This document shows, piece by piece, positions 11,546 to 23,400 of a stretch of 44,377 nt of DNA. This stretch comes from Vermamoeba vermiformis (lineage: Eukaryota). A program made the position numbers and the translations under genes. The DNA lies in assembly GCA_045837725.1 (NCBI GenBank), contig JBEWZL010000056.1, positions 496,001-540,377 on the forward strand, written 5' to 3'. Numbering within the stretch: position 1 is the stretch's first letter; each line of letters opens with the position of its first letter. Under the pieces are notes generated by a model. It was not told the DNA's origin. It worked only from the letters and a program-made list of their open reading frames with translations, and made no database searches.

Positions 11546-13012
11546 TTAGTTTCGTTCCTTTTCGCCGAAATATATTTTGAACACAGCCTTAGCAATATCT
11601 TCACCAGTTCTAATGTGAGGCAAGTCCAGCCATTTAAATATCAAGGTCCATATTTCAATAGGGAGCAGATCCAAAGCCACGGAACTTCGTGCAATGTTAT
11701 GCGCGAGTATTGTTGCGTTAATAATAGGATCAAATACCTTTTTGTTGAGTTTTATCATAATTAATTCGTCCATGTATTCGTAACTTTCTTTGTTCGATTT
11801 TGAGTGGATTTGAGCTACATCCAACTGATCTTCCTTAAATTTTAGCGGATAACCAATCTCTGGCATTGAATTATGAAATTCCGATATATATGGATGCGTC
11901 AATGCCTCTGCCGCTGTAATTCTATTTTCTGGTAGTAATTGCAATAATTTTCGGATCAAATCCAACGCGTCTTCAGGTATGTTCGGAAAAATTTCTTTAA
12001 AATCTCGTCGTGTGGGAGGTAGTGGCACGTCATTAAGCAATAATTGGGCCACACTCGACTTGAAATCGGAGTCTTTAGGACATCCAACGAACTCGAAAAT
12101 TTCCTCCAAGAAGCCTTGAAAGGGTGGCTTATTTTCCTCATTATACAAAGCCCCAAGAATACATCCCATAGCCCACATATCAGCTGCTGGCGTTAACGAA
12201 GAATCTCTGACAAAAATAAAAAAAATTGGTTAGATCTGACCGGTTCAAAAGCAGTAGCGCTACATCAGATGGTATCAAATGCACGTACTTTTGCACCCAC
12301 AAAAATTGCTCTGGTGCACTATACTGCGATACTCTATGAAAATTAGCAGAGGGATCTGATTTTAGAAAACCTGGAACGGATGCATCGAGCTTAATTTTGT
12401 CATCAGCGGTAATTCCAACGCTCTCTAACTGTATAATTTAATATTAAGTTAGTATTAATCGTTTTACATGCGATTTTAATGAGTTTACATTCAGGTCGCC
12501 AAAGATCACGTCTGCAGAATGGACGTAATGAAGCGCTCGAAGGATCTGATATATTATATATCTCTTGTACTTCTCGTTTGCTATTTTAGACTTAAGTCTA
12601 TTTATATTGTACAGATTAATTTCTGATAGAAAAATATTAATAAAAATATATGTATTGTTGCGTTTAGATCTGACCTGTGTACTCGCAAGCAACACAAAAA
12701 TATCCTTCTAGGTTATGCACATAATATAGCTGCGAAATATCTTCTCGATCGTTCAATACGTCGAGCCAAATACTGATCTTTCGATAAAAATTATGCGACC
12801 AGCTACCAAGCCATTGGTTCACTAACAACACTTTTTTTTTAGTTTTTTTATGCACACATTTATATAGAAATCCAGCGTACTAATAGAAAGAAGTGTTAGT
12901 TAAATCTTTCGCATCCAGATTTGCTGTCACGCACCGCCTCTTTTCGTAAATAAACTATATCTTCATAATATTTTTTCAATATTGTAACACCACGAGTGTA
13001 TATTGTGTCCAT
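11546..13012 (-). CDS. MAPK-like (CMGC) probable pseudokinase with C-terminal F-box-like motif
   Basis: Spliced model contains YIIYQILRALHYVHSADVIFGDLN, YSAPE, DMWAMGCIL and ALDLIRKLLQLLPENRITAAEALTHPYISEFH (MAPK-type). The Gly loop, VAIK lysine, HRD and DFG are all substituted. It ends with LLPIEIWTLIFKWLDLP. Confidence 0.78.
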
Positions 13013-13286
13013 TTGTATCACGCGAGAATTGTTGTAAAACTAAAATTTTTTGCGCTCAAACCGAACCAGCTCCATGACGGTTTTATGCTAGCTGCTACTG
13101 CTATTGCATATATCTACGCTGTAATAATTAATGTTGAGTCTTAAGACGCCAGAAGAAACATTAGAGTATCAAGATCAAGTTAGCTCCATCCAACGAAGCC
13201 GTTTTACTGATAACAAAATAGAATCATATTATTAAGTTGTTGTTATAAAACTTCTTTATTGACAAGACTAATAAAATTGAGATTGA

Positions 13287-14494
13287 TTAACAGTTGTCTC
13301 TGAAAAGACGGATCACGTCGTACAAAGTAATAACACCAATAGGTCTTCTATTCGCATCAACTGTATATAATCGATGCACGTGCGTAGTTTCGAATTTTTG
13401 CACCAATTCTGCCACCGTAGTCTTAGGCGAAATCGTTAAAACTTCGGCAAAGGTTTTGGCCTGCGGCAATAACTCCGAAAGAGGCTTCAAAACATTCGAA
13501 AGAATCTCGAAATTATAGCCTATTATTAATCAGGGTTAGATATTAATTTTAAATATTTTTTAAATTATTTTTCGTACCGATCAGTTTGAGATCTGAAACA
13601 CTCAAGTTGCCGTGAAGAACTCCGTCGTCATCCACGACAGCAACTCCGTTGAGTTCTTGCTTAGTAATAATCTCGAATGCTTCCGCGGCAGTCGAAGTCA
13701 GGGGCACTGAAACCACATCTCTATAAAAAAGTAATGAGATCTCGATTCAATTTCAATATAAAGTGCGATCTTAAAGACGTACCTGAATCCAAACTTGAGT
13801 TCAGTAAGGGACTTGTTGGTAAAATGCGTAAATTTGTCGAGATTTTTGGCCAAAAAGTGTACGATGCTCGATCGAGACAGAACTCCAATTAAATTTCCTG
13901 ATTTGTCGCGCACGCCGAATCTTGTATACTAATTAGTACCTACCGATGATATTGCTATAATAGAATTACCTTTGCGTGTTTTGACGGAAGATCTGACGCA
14001 CTCCCACGACAAGATCGATTACGTCTTTCAGATGCGTGTCTTGAGGAAGAGAATAAAAGTCATTCATTTGAGAGTGATTGGCAATCTCTTCGCACGTAGC
14101 TTCATTGAGAAGTTTTTGCAGCTACAAATAGAACATTTAGAAGATTATTACAAGCGCAGGAAAATTTTTTGGATTTACCCCTGATTGCTCGAAGCCTTGG
14201 GCCAATACGTCTGGGTCTGTATTCTACAATAGATCAAATTAGTACAATATTTTTTTATTGAATAGAATATTCATGAATAAAGCTTACTTCGGTCGCAAAA
14301 TGCAGGATGTCAATAATTCCAATCCATTCGTAGTTCTTTCCATCCTTAACAGGCAATGCAGATATTTTATGGTCGATCAAGAGTTTAAATGCCTTAGAAA
14401 TAGGGTCATCAAGTCCGGCCGTAATAATCTTTTGGCCCTTGATCAGATCCTTAGCCTTTGTTTTTTCCAAAAAATGTCGAGCGGTATCAGCCAT
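13287..14494 (-). CDS. Four-CBS-domain protein (AMPK-gamma/SNF4/Sds23-like)
   Basis: Exons encode AFKLLIDHKISALPV, RFGVRDKSGNLIGVLSRSSIV, AFEIITKQELNGVAVVDDDGVLHGNLSVSDLK and HVHRLYTVDANRRPIGVITLYDVI. Confidence 0.85.
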
Positions 14495-15171
14495 TTGTGG
14501 TTATTTGTCGCTGGTAATTGTTCAAAATAACTATCAGACCGAACGGAAAGCTCAACCAAAATTACCCGAGTTAGGTCGAGATTTCGCTTTTAAAATATTT
14601 CCCGAGTTTTACGACCAGAATCAACCAATGGCATACCAGCAGCAGCACCATTTCAGGGCGAATTGACCCAAAAATCACTTGTCGTTCATGATAAGATGCA
14701 ATTCCAACAACTCCGATGCGTAAATCTGCAATTCCGCGGGTAATCATAGCGGCCTAACTCTTAAATTATCGGTCAAAGCATTTAAAAATTAATTTATATC
14801 AGTGGGCAATTTGAGGCCCTGGATTAGATCTGATTGGTTGATTTCACGAATTATTTAATTAATTTGCAACGCTCGATAATTATTTTGCAGGAATTCATTG
14901 AAGTAGGTGCATTTCGACCCGACCGTTGAGTCGTTCAGCAAATAATTCAAAAGTTAGTTTTTCAGAGTTCGCGGCTGGAAGATCATGCAGCACAACTAAA
15001 TAACGGATATAAGACAAGCACGCATATCAGCATTTTAATCACCTCCGCTTGCTAATTTGGGACCTTGTTAAACTTCGAGCAGTACGCTATCGGACCGTTA
15101 CAAACGAAAATTAACGGATTCGAATAAAAAAGACCTTTGTCTTCAGGACCTCAAAACAAGCGTAGCCTAGC

Positions 15172-15939
15172 ATGAGTGCCGCCACAAAAGAGGAACGAAC
15201 AGTTGTTTTGTCGATTGTAGGCGATGATGAAAGCGGTAAATAAACGATCTCAGGCTCCATCCAAGTTAACCAAACAGCATTTAGGCAATTCGACGGTGTA
15301 TCAACAAATACGTACCTCTTATAAGGATGGGTATTTAAATATTTAGTTCATTTACTTACTACTAGTAAATAACTAATTTTGTTTATTTTTAGAATTACAA
15401 TTGGAGATTCAAAATATACGCTAGATGTACGCCCACAATTAAGTCAAGACATTAATATTTCTGCCGGTGAGGCGCTGCTTTCACGATCCCATTGGCGCTC
15501 TATCGGTTGGATCTTGGTATTCGATTTGACGGCTATAACCAACCTTCAGAGCTTAGAAGAATACTACAACAAATATACGCAAATTATAGAACTGGTTAAT
15601 AACTCTTCAGTTCAGCCAACACCCGAGCGAATGATTTTGGTCGGAATAAAAGCAGATCTTGGTACAGATCAAAGAGTGAGTCCCTAATAGTCAAATAGAA
15701 TATTAACTATTATTAACTCCAGTTTTTAGCTTCCTAAAGAACAGATCGAAGAATTCGTGAGGTCCAAATCTGTTCTTTATTATTGCGAATTTTCGAACCA
15801 GTCCGCTGAAAACCTACAAACAACGTTACATAAGATGGTTGATAAAGTGATTAAGGGTCCGTATTACAAAGTGATTCAAGAACGCGCGAAGCAAAGGTCT
15901 ACGACTCGCAAAAAAAAGACTAGATGCGTTATCTTGTAA
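15172..15939 (+). CDS. Divergent Ras-superfamily small GTPase-like protein with polybasic CaaX tail
   Basis: Spliced model: VVLSIVGDDESGNST (G1-like), ITIGDSKYTLDV, GWILVFDLT, MILVGIKADL (G4-like), C-terminus RKKKTRCVIL*. Confidence 0.78.
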
Positions 15940-16254
15940 TTTGACAGCTCATAGCCTTAGTGTATATATTATAAATAGCCTCACCATCAGCTTCAAAGCC
16001 AACAGACATCGACCAATTTGGCAGATCTGAATGCCTTGCGTGGATCATCGTAATCGCCGAATAAGAAAAGATTTTGGTAGTTTAGCACTTTAAGACCCAA
16101 AAAAACTCGTAGAATATTACCGAGGTGAATTTCGCTTTTGCGTGTTTTTTTTCGGAACAAAAAAACTGACAAAAGGAACAGACAGCAGCGAGACTCTAAT
16201 CCAATCAAGAACACCATAAGAGAGACGTCCTCTCATGCAACAAAACTGAATGCC

Positions 16255-16818
16255 ATGGCCATTAAGAACACCGGCGCCTGCTTAATCTTGACGCTAATAG
16301 GAGCTGTATTCTTCACTATAGCTCTACCGACGTACCTGTGCGGCTGTCATCCTGTGGTACAACCCAATTGTCTCCGCTTTGACATCGAAACGTCGCAAGT
16401 TGAATCGTATCGTGTAGACAAAAAGACCTGCTCGGAGTGCGTCGCCTGGACTACAACCTGCACTACCTCTTCTGACGATGAAGAATCGTGCACGACTCAA
16501 TGCGCATTGTACTATGACTACGACTGCTACTACTCTTACGCGATCATGAATACCAACTCGAGTTACACGTGCGAGATTTCCGTGGCAGCTTCGACAAGTA
16601 GCGACGATGCGCTTCAATCAGCAATCGAGAAATATCCGCTGGGTCAAACGCTAGAGCTCTATATTGACAAGAATACGCGCGACTGTTTGACAGAGTCCAA
16701 TGTCGAGGCACTAGCATTCACCGGATTAGTTTTCTTGTGTTTGACAGGTGTTACGCTCGTTCTTGCTGCAGTCTCTGTAGTACGTGTGAATGTTCGAAAC
16801 TGTCGCGTAAATTCATAG
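16255..16818 (+). CDS. Two-TM membrane protein with Cys-rich extracellular loop
   Basis: Intronless ORF from ATG 16255. Hydrophobic segments at both ends (ACLILTLIGAVFFTIALPTYL; ALAFTGLVFLCLTGVTLVLAAVSVV) enclose a loop with many Cys. Confidence 0.7.
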   Translation: MAIKNTGACLILTLIGAVFFTIALPTYLCGCHPVVQPNCLRFDIETSQVESYRVDKKTCSECVAWTTTCTTSSDDEESCTTQCALYYDYDCYYSYAIMNTNSSYTCEISVAASTSSDDALQSAIEKYPLGQTLELYIDKNTRDCLTESNVEALAFTGLVFLCLTGVTLVLAAVSVVRVNVRNCRVNS

Positions 16819-17419
16819 TAAAGAACATCTTATTATCAATCTCGTCAAATTGTTGGTTGAATGTTCTGGAAATGCTCGAAGATTAATTGTTTTCGTTGAC
16901 GTGCTGGTTGATAAAATTCCAACGACTCCAAATTTTAATTTCAAAAATTCATTTGATATTGATGGTGAGAAGGGTATCGATGATTTTTTCATGAGCCACG
17001 AATATTTTGGAAGTCGATCTGCAGATTAATAATTTATTTCATTGATTACTTCGTTAAAAAATAAATAATATAGTCACTATATTTAATATATTCAAACCAT
17101 TGAGTATTTGCGAGTCTCATCATTCTTTTTGACCTGTTGTCCAAAAACGAGCAGATACAGCTCGATTTCTCGCGGTAATCGCTCCACAACTTTAGAATAG
17201 GTGCGTTGTATATTAAAAAATAACGTAGTTGTGCTTTTCTACTCTTAGACTGAAGAAAATGCTGAGGAAAAAACGGCAAAAAAAAAGCAAGCGCATTTTT
17301 GTCATTTCGAGGTTATCAGTAACTTCGTAAGAATAGAAATAGCACATATTTAATAAATGTATGATTATTATAAACGTTTCATTTTTCTTCCTGTTTACAG
17401 CTTTGTGAGATAACTTTAG

Positions 17420-20400
17420 GGCCAATTTTCGGATCATGTCAGAGATCTGCATAACTTTATTCTCTTCGAAGTTTTGCCGGCAAAGGATAAATATAACAAA
17501 GTCGCAGTAATTTGGCTTTACGCTAAATTTCTACAGTAAGTGAATTTAAACAAATTGATCTGGTCAGAATTAATTTCCTTCCGTTAAGATATTCGAAAAT
17601 GAATAATAGCGACACGACCGAATTTGAACATAAGGTTTGGGTTATATTCTTTACCCAAACTCTTTCGACACTTCCGCAGTTGTTGCAGGAGAATCCAGCG
17701 TGGAAAGAACCGTTGAAGAAAATTCTATCCAATGTCACACTGTCTGGCATTAGTCATAATAATTTCATCGACAGACGAGATTTATCAGGCGAGCCAAAGC
17801 TATTCATCGTGACAACTTTAATGTTGTTGGACGATCCCGAAAAACCAAGCTATCTTGACTTGTGGAAACGATTTTGGGTTAAATATGGCTACGCACTGTT
17901 TGAATACAGTAAGCTGAATTCGTTGACGTGGCGCATTGCGTGGAGCAAGTTGTCTGGTTACGAACTATTTCAAGCTCCGTTTGACAAGATCACCTTCGAG
18001 GTATTTAACATTTAGAATCGTTACTTACTAAATCTTCCTTCATGCTTTGGCTCGATCTAACTTACTAATCCTCTACTAGAGCTTTGCTTTGTACGCATCA
18101 GACGTCATTGGTAGTTTTGAAATCGATTGGCCTCGAACGAATGCCTTGGAATTAACGGCAAAGATCTTGAACGGTAAGCGTTTCTGGTTTTACCCTGAAA
18201 AATCTAAGGATCTCTTTTGACCAAATCCGTAAACCAGTTAAACACAATTCTGATATTACGGGACAATATAATGACTAATATTGCCCTTAAATATACGGGA
18301 GTAATTTCAAGTCCGACGTCGTCGGATACGCTTCTCAGGTTCGATCATCACCTTTTTTGTTACCAATAATTTTTCTCTTGCTAATAATGCGTCAAACGCG
18401 TTATTACAACATCCTAGAAGCTCTTAGCGCAGTCCATTTTATTTTTAAAAATTGTCTGATAATTATTTTCTCTTTTGGCTACGGAATCTAACCCTGATAT
18501 TAGAGAAAGTTAACCTGAAGAATCATCGCACTATTCAAAACCTATCTACATGGATAAATGGTCTTTTACTGCTCACAGACTTCATTCATGGTCAATTGGC
18601 TGATCCGCAAGACATTCCAAAGGTCGACATCTGCAAGACTTTGATGCAGCACACAGTTAGCGTGGCGATCAAAGAGAAGCTGTCGCTCAAATCTGAAGAT
18701 ATAGCTCCCGAGCACAATGCAATACTGCAGCATGTGGTCAAGCAGTGTATAAACGATCTGTTGCCGAAGCTTGCGATCTATGACACTCAGTACAGGTAGG
18801 ATCCAAAGGTCCTGTTGTTAAAAACAGTTTTTAACTTAATCGGTCACAGTCCTATTCTACGCACCTACTTGACAGCAGAGAATATCATTTTTGTCCTCAA
18901 CAGACAACGAGTGCCAATCAATTCGATCCGCGATCTGACCGATCACGTGGCTTCAAAAGACAGTGGAAGCGCTCTGGCAATCTTCAAAGCACTAATTGAC
19001 AAGATTAGTTTATCGGAGCTGGCAAAGTTGTATTTTAGCTACCCGAATATGGCTAAACAGCTTCCTACACACATGATCGGACTTGATATAGAAAAGCGCG
19101 TTAACAGCATTACGGTACGTGAGAGTTTAGTATACTAATTATTTACTGACGTATTTTAGAACGTATATCAATCCATTTCGTTGACGGTAATGGAAGAAAT
19201 GCACCGTGTTGAGGATCGGAGCTACGAGTTGCCAGAGATTCACGTGTGGCTAACGGAGAAGTTGGCCGACGCAATTATCGAGAAGGGTTGGAGTAGCGAC
19301 AACAATCCTCTGCCCAGTTTGTGCAACTTTTTGGCGAAGTTCCTGACCAGCAGCGATAACGCGCCTTTACATCCTTGCTTGCTTCACACAATGCTTACGA
19401 AAGCTGCCGTGATGAAGGTGACGGCAAATCTACGCACTTGCTGGACAGCTCTCCCGCGAAACTTTCACGTGCTCTTCGCTCGTGACACGTCTCATCGAAA
19501 CGACCATTACAAAGCCGCTGTGTTGGTTGGTCCGCTCATCAATATGAACGAAGAGTTGAAGGTCGTGGGCACACCAAAGGTGCCTTTAAATCGCCTCAAG
19601 AGGTCGGAGTTGACGAACTTGTGCAGATTTTGGACCCAGCTGCAGAATCGTTTCATCACCGAGGTGATTAAAATCCACGACATGTTCGACGTTTACTCCG
19701 AAGAGTTGCGGCTGTTAGATGAATCAGCCGTCAAGGTTAAGAACGTCAATTTGATTATCGCTTGGCTGAACAATAAGCAATTTCAACCACCACTTGATGA
19801 GATCCAGGTGTCCGAGGATCCGTCACAAAGCGAATTAAATGAACTCGCGGTGCTACCTCAGATTGATGAAAACAGCTTCAAGCACTTGAACTTCTTCATT
19901 CCTGGAGAGAGCGCTCTGTTCAAGGCGATCTTTGACGACAAAAGAAAAGAAGATGCCGATTTACAGGTTTGTGCAATTCGACTAATGATCTGCCTCGCTA
20001 ACCAAAATCTTATAGGAATTGACAAGCGACGCTTTAAGCAAGATTATCGAGAGAACGAGTTTGTTTTTGAAGAATTTGTCGAGTTTGGCGAACTTGGAAA
20101 AGATCGCCGAATACCACGCTCGTTTCCGATCTCGATTTTCAAAAGAAATCAACTTGGTGTAAGTTGTGACGGCTCGGTATCCTTGCATGTATTAACATTT
20201 TCGATAGGGCCAAATTCTTCTCCGAAACAACGGATCTGAACGTCAAGGACTTGGAAAAGTACTTGTTAGATGCGTTTCAATTGCTTGAGTACATCGAGAA
20301 CGTTCACTTCCTCTTGGTGTGCTTGCAAGATTTAAACATTTTCCCCGAAGTCTGGGACGCCCTGCAGCAGCTCTACGACGAGAGGTCTTCTGTGCGATCG

Positions 20401-23400
20401 ATGAAGGCCAATTTGGTGCAGGAAAAGATTAACGAGATCAAAAACGTCATACCAAACTTGACTCCAGAGCACTTGGCTTTCTTCCAAACCATCAGTCACT
20501 CCCGAGACGTGATAAATTTTCTTGGAGAATTCACCGACGAAGCCTTCAATGCGCAAGTGCAGTTCCTCAATGATCACCTGCAAGGATTTCAACACGGACT
20601 CGATTTGGTAACTTCAGCCGTTGCAGTGCGACACTCTTTAGCCCCGGTTCTTGCTACCTTGCAAGCGAAGCGCCTTAAAGCTCCTGCGATGACATTCAAC
20701 GAGTTCTGTAACCAAATGGCAAACATTCTTGGCACCACCGTTAAAAATCACACCGAGCGGCTGAAGTACGTGATGGACAAGCTTTCTGAAGTGCGTGTCA
20801 ACTTCAAGCAAGACGCAAACTTGACCATCGAAGAGATGTTGCCTTACGTCGGCAAGTTGATTAATAACGGCTACTACACTTCGAGGACCACACGCCATCG
20901 AGGAGGAGCGGACATCTCTTTCAAGTTTAAAGAGTCAAATGAAGCAGTTGACCGTGTCTTCCCGTTGGCTGCATTGCAAGACCTCATTGTCGCAATCAAT
21001 GTGTTCGTTGACCAAGATAACATTGACGAATCAAAGCGAAAGTTGCTCGAAGCTTTCATCTCGCTTTACAACCTGGCACGTAAGATTCACGAAATGCACC
21101 TCGCCTTGGAAGAGACTGGTCATCCTGACTACCAAATGATCGAAGTGAAGCTGAACGAAATTGGTGACCTTAATGTTCCGCGTTACCAAGCCAAGCTCAA
21201 GGATCTTACGCAGCAGAAAGACGAGTGGTTGCGAGTCAAAGTTAACATCAAAGACAGACTGCTCATGCTCTCGAACCAGCAGATGGCAATTTTGATTTCA
21301 TTGATCCGAATCTATAATCAAAATGACGCGGTTAACGCTGCCAATGTACTGTCTCCGTACTGCTGGAAGTGCTTGCCAGATATCTCCGTCGCACAAGGAA
21401 ACCTATTCTCGGTTGATATTGTCGCTGAAAGCTTCAATGAAGTGAAGGCCAAGTTTGTCAAGCCAGTGGTATCAATCAGCGACGCCATCAATATCTTCAC
21501 CATGTTGCTCGAGCTCGTGATTCAGAAGTCAATCAAAGAAGAAGAGCTCATCTATTTAAAGAAGACTTATCCAGGAGCGGAGCTCGTGATGGCGCTCGGA
21601 ATGGATAACACTCAGATCTTCTATGCTTTGGCGGATCTGAACGATGAACCACCGCACCCTTCACAGGTTCTTGTTTGCACTCGCTCCACAAAAAAAGACG
21701 AGCTTCTTCGCATTGTAGATTGCGCCTGCTCAGCACCGTGGTTGACTTTCATTCTGGTTGAAGTCAACAACCTTCGAATGGAAGTTCGTGCCTCACTCAT
21801 CGACAGACTTTTGACTCTCGAGCAACAAAAACAACGACACTCATTGAAGCTGGTGTTCACATCTCAAACAGGCATCTCTGGCTTCTCTTTTATTTCTAAA
21901 CGAGACGTGACCGTGGAAACGCTTGGTCAAGTGAAGCACTACCTGGCAAATGAGTCGAAGCGGTTCAAGCCAGACATCGCTCGAAATCGTTATTTTAAGA
22001 CGTTGGAGATCGTTCAAGGAAATCCTGGTGAAGGAAAGTCAACTTCAATTCGACAATATTTTGCACAACAAAGCATCTACTGCTTGGAAATACCATTGCA
22101 AGAAGACTTCACCGTTGCAAACTTCATCCACAGAGTGCAAACAGCCGTCGCTGATGCTCGTAAGAGTGGTCAGAAGGACGTTGGCATTCACTTGAATATT
22201 CTACCGTACATCGACTTCCCTCTTGTCCACGAGTTCTTGTATTCGTGGATGCTCTTTGGTGTGATTTACGACAGCAACATTGGTGGCATGTACCAGCTGC
22301 CAACTGATTTGAATTGGCACGTCCTCGCGGAAATTGGCAGTGCTCCAGCCGAAGACAAAGAATATGGAAGCTACAATAGCCCTGCCAAAGTGTTGACCGC
22401 TCTGCCAGCGTTGAATTTTGTGGCTGAAAAGAAGGACAGACTTCTGAAGCAGTTGGTTTTGGACGACAACATTCGCTTGGCTTGTGCGTTCTACCACCAC
22501 TTCCACAACAGCAATCAGGTCACCACAGCTCACATCATGGCTCTCGTGCCCGTAGCAAACGATGATACTGCGTACAAGATTATTGCACAGATTGTCCAAC
22601 GGGAGCTACAGACTCTTGGCGAGCATCGTAATTTGTTCATCTTCCAACGCATGTTCCTTCACTTGTTGGCAGCTCGATGCAAATGGATCAAGTCCTACGC
22701 TGAGCGATTGACTGTCTTGGCTCGTGAGTTGGCAAACCCTGACTACGTTATCCCAGTCGAAGAGCAATTCTTCTTCAAGCAGTTCATGACGTACTTCATC
22801 ACCGAGGTCGCGCACTTTTGCAAAGCGAACATCAGCTTGAACATCAAGACACTGCCTGTCATTTCACTTCGTGAGGCAGACTCGTTCTGCTTTGTTGATT
22901 GTCAAGGCGCTGGTGTCAAAGACAAGGCAAAGGCTGGCTTGCTTCATCTGACCGGAATCCACGAAACAATTCAGAACCCTAAAGTCATCTTTTCTGCATT
23001 AGCCCTTGCGCTTGGCATCACTGACACACGACGCATGTTCAATGTCATTCGACAGCAACGATTCACGATGACTTTTGACTTCGTTGTCAAGTTATTGCTT
23101 CTCAATGACAGACGAATTGTTGGTCAGAACGTCATTTTCAAAGGAGATACGGGCCTTGGAAAGACCGAAACTCTGGATTTATTCGCTTTGGTACTCAATT
23201 GCAACACCGATTTAGTACCTGACATTATCAGTGATACAGCGCAATTCGTCACCAACAACGTACTTCGCGAGGCTAGCGTGCTTAGAATTCCAAACTGGAA
23301 AAAGCACTTGGATGTTCTTGGCGAAACTGTCCCTTCAGTCAACAAAATCACTGGCGTCATTCGTGAAGTTTGCAATGAACAAGTACCCGTGGTTCAAGGA

